18,745 nt of DNA from Gemmatimonadota bacterium (lineage in GTDB: Bacteria; Gemmatimonadota; Gemmatimonadetes; Gemmatimonadales; GWC2-71-9), in contig JBDHDE010000056.1 in assembly GCA_039591655.1 (NCBI GenBank), positions 1-18,745 on the forward strand, read 5' to 3'. The notes under the pieces were generated by a model. The model had not been told where the DNA came from. It saw nothing but the letters and a program-made list of their open reading frames with translations, and searched no databases. The translations under genes were made by a program, and so were the position numbers. Of the stretch, positions 17,241 to 18,745 are shown in pieces (within the stretch, counting starts at the first letter, position 1; each line of letters opens with the position of its first letter).

Positions 17241-18745
17241 GTGAGCCCGTGCAGCCAGTGCGGCACATCCGTGTCGATTGGGGCGCAGTTCTGCCCCAAC
17301 TGCGGCTCGCGCGTCAGCCCCGACCCGTCGAACGCGCAGACCGAGCGCCTGCGCCGACCCAGCGCGGAGACGGTAGCCCAGGGTGAGCGCAAGCTGATGG
17401 AGGCGCTGCGCCAGGCAACGCTGGGCGAGTACGAGGTCCTGGGCGAGGTGGGCCGCGGTGGCATGGCAGTGGTCTACCTGGCACACGACATAGCGCTGGA
17501 CCGCAAGGTCGCGATCAAGGTGATGTCTCCCGCGCTGACGCTCATGGACCCGGGGATCCAGGAGCGCTTCAAGCGGGAAGCCCGCACGGCCGCATCCCTG
17601 AGCCACCCGCACATCATTCCGGTCTACACGGTCAGAGAGAGCGAGGAGATCGCGTACTTCGTGATGAAGTACGTCGTGGGGCGCTCACTCGAATCGGTGC
17701 TCCAGGAGGTCGGCGCTCTCCCGATCGCAGTGGTCCAGACAGTTCTCCACCACGCCGGCGGCGCGTTGGGACATGCCCACCGGCGGGGCGTGGTCCATCG
17801 CGACGTCAAGCCGGGCAACATCATCCTCGACGAGGACGGATGGGTGGTGGTCACCGACTTCGGCATCGCCAAGGTCGCGGAGGCGGAGGCCCTGACCATG
17901 ACGGGGGGCGTCGTGGGGACGCCCATGTACATGAGTCCGGAGCAGTGCTCGGGCAAGCCCGTGGCCGGTGCGTCGGATCAGTACTCGCTGGGTGTCGTGG
18001 CCTATGAGATGATCAGCGGTCTGCAGCCGTTCCGCAGCGAGACCATGGTCAACCTGATCTACGACCACTGCCACACCGCGCCCGTGCCCCTCCAGCAGGT
18101 CAAGCCCGACTGCCCACCACAGATCGCCGCTGCAGTCATGCGGATGCTGGAGAAGGATCCCGCCAATCGCTGGCCCACGGTGGAGGAGGCCGTGGAGGCG
18201 ATCGGCTTGGTGTCGGACAGCCAGGGCGGCACGGTCCGCACCCAAATGCTCACGCTGGCGCAGGGGAGCCCCGCGCACTCGTTGCTGGAGAAGTTCCGCA
18301 CACCGGCGAGCTCGGTGCGTTCGGCACCCTCGACGCCGGTGACGCCTACACCACCGGCCTCTGAGGGCTCTGCGGGCCTGACTACGCCCCCCTCCAAGCG
18401 GCGCAGAGCCCCGGCCGTCGCGCTCTGGGCCGCGCCGTTCGTGGCGGCGGCCGCCATCGGTACGTGGCTCGTGCTGGGGAATGGAGCGGACGGCGGATCG
18501 GCCGCCGCACCGCCCGGCGACGGCCCGCCCGAAGCCCCGCAGGAGGCCGTCGCAACCGCTCTGCCGATCACCGCCGTCGACGTGACGCCGCCGCATCTCG
18601 CTCTGGTGGCGGGAGAGACCACGACCCTCATCGCCGCCGCCCGTGACCAGAGCGGCGTTGCCGTGGGCGGCGCCGCCGTGACGTGGACAGCCGGGAACCC
18701 GGCGGTGGCAGCGGTCTCACCGACAGGGGAAGTCACCGCCCTGGC
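17241..18745 (+). CDS. Hanks-type Ser/Thr protein kinase: Zn ribbon, kinase, Pro/Ser linker, TM, Big_2 (3' truncated by window)
   Basis: Translated by hand: GGAG then GTG 17241; CSQC...CPNC; GRGGMAVVY, VAIK, HRDVKPGN, DFGIAK, GTPMYMSPEQ; TM VALWAAPFVAAAAIGTWLVLG; VDVTPP...VTWTAGNPAVAAVSPTGEVTAL. No stop before the window end. Confidence 0.95.
   Translation, partial: MSPCSQCGTSVSIGAQFCPNCGSRVSPDPSNAQTERLRRPSAETVAQGERKLMEALRQATLGEYEVLGEVGRGGMAVVYLAHDIALDRKVAIKVMSPALTLMDPGIQERFKREARTAASLSHPHIIPVYTVRESEEIAYFVMKYVVGRSLESVLQEVGALPIAVVQTVLHHAGGALGHAHRRGVVHRDVKPGNIILDEDGWVVVTDFGIAKVAEAEALTMTGGVVGTPMYMSPEQCSGKPVAGASDQYSLGVVAYEMISGLQPFRSETMVNLIYDHCHTAPVPLQQVKPDCPPQIAAAVMRMLEKDPANRWPTVEEAVEAIGLVSDSQGGTVRTQMLTLAQGSPAHSLLEKFRTPASSVRSAPSTPVTPTPPASEGSAGLTTPPSKRRRAPAVALWAAPFVAAAAIGTWLVLGNGADGGSAAAPPGDGPPEAPQEAVATALPITAVDVTPPHLALVAGETTTLIAAARDQSGVAVGGAAVTWTAGNPAVAAVSPTGEVTAL

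Noticed and set aside
17105..18736. Minus-strand ORFs at the right end of the track
   Set aside because: Shadows of the plus-strand kinase, which the track omits because it has no stop in the window.

Overview
High-GC bacterial window, gene content suggestive of Gemmatimonadota (inferred from family resemblance, not searched). It holds about 16 protein genes: a probable outer-membrane beta-barrel, a hypothetical protein, a split Ig-like/Gly-rich surface lipoprotein, a PD40 beta-propeller lipoprotein, an exported M16 peptidase pair, a small membrane protein, a Ysc84/SYLF protein, two Cys-motif hypotheticals, a GT1 glycosyltransferase, a YdjM-like hydrolase, a site-2 protease fused to a DUF4375/DMP19-like domain, dinB, a single-domain globin and a Zn-ribbon Ser/Thr kinase that runs off the right edge and is missing from the ORF track. 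The most unusual element is a ~220-nt minus-strand unit at ~15068-15325. It has a promoter-like motif, a 13-nt perfect complement of the 16S rRNA 3' end, a 20-codon ORF buried in a long hairpin, and an intrinsic terminator. It lies upstream of the protease gene and divergent from dinB. Also notable are a sigma54-like promoter-globin-kinase arrangement and an apparent microhomology deletion splitting the surface lipoprotein. No rRNA, tRNA, CRISPR array or mobile element was found.
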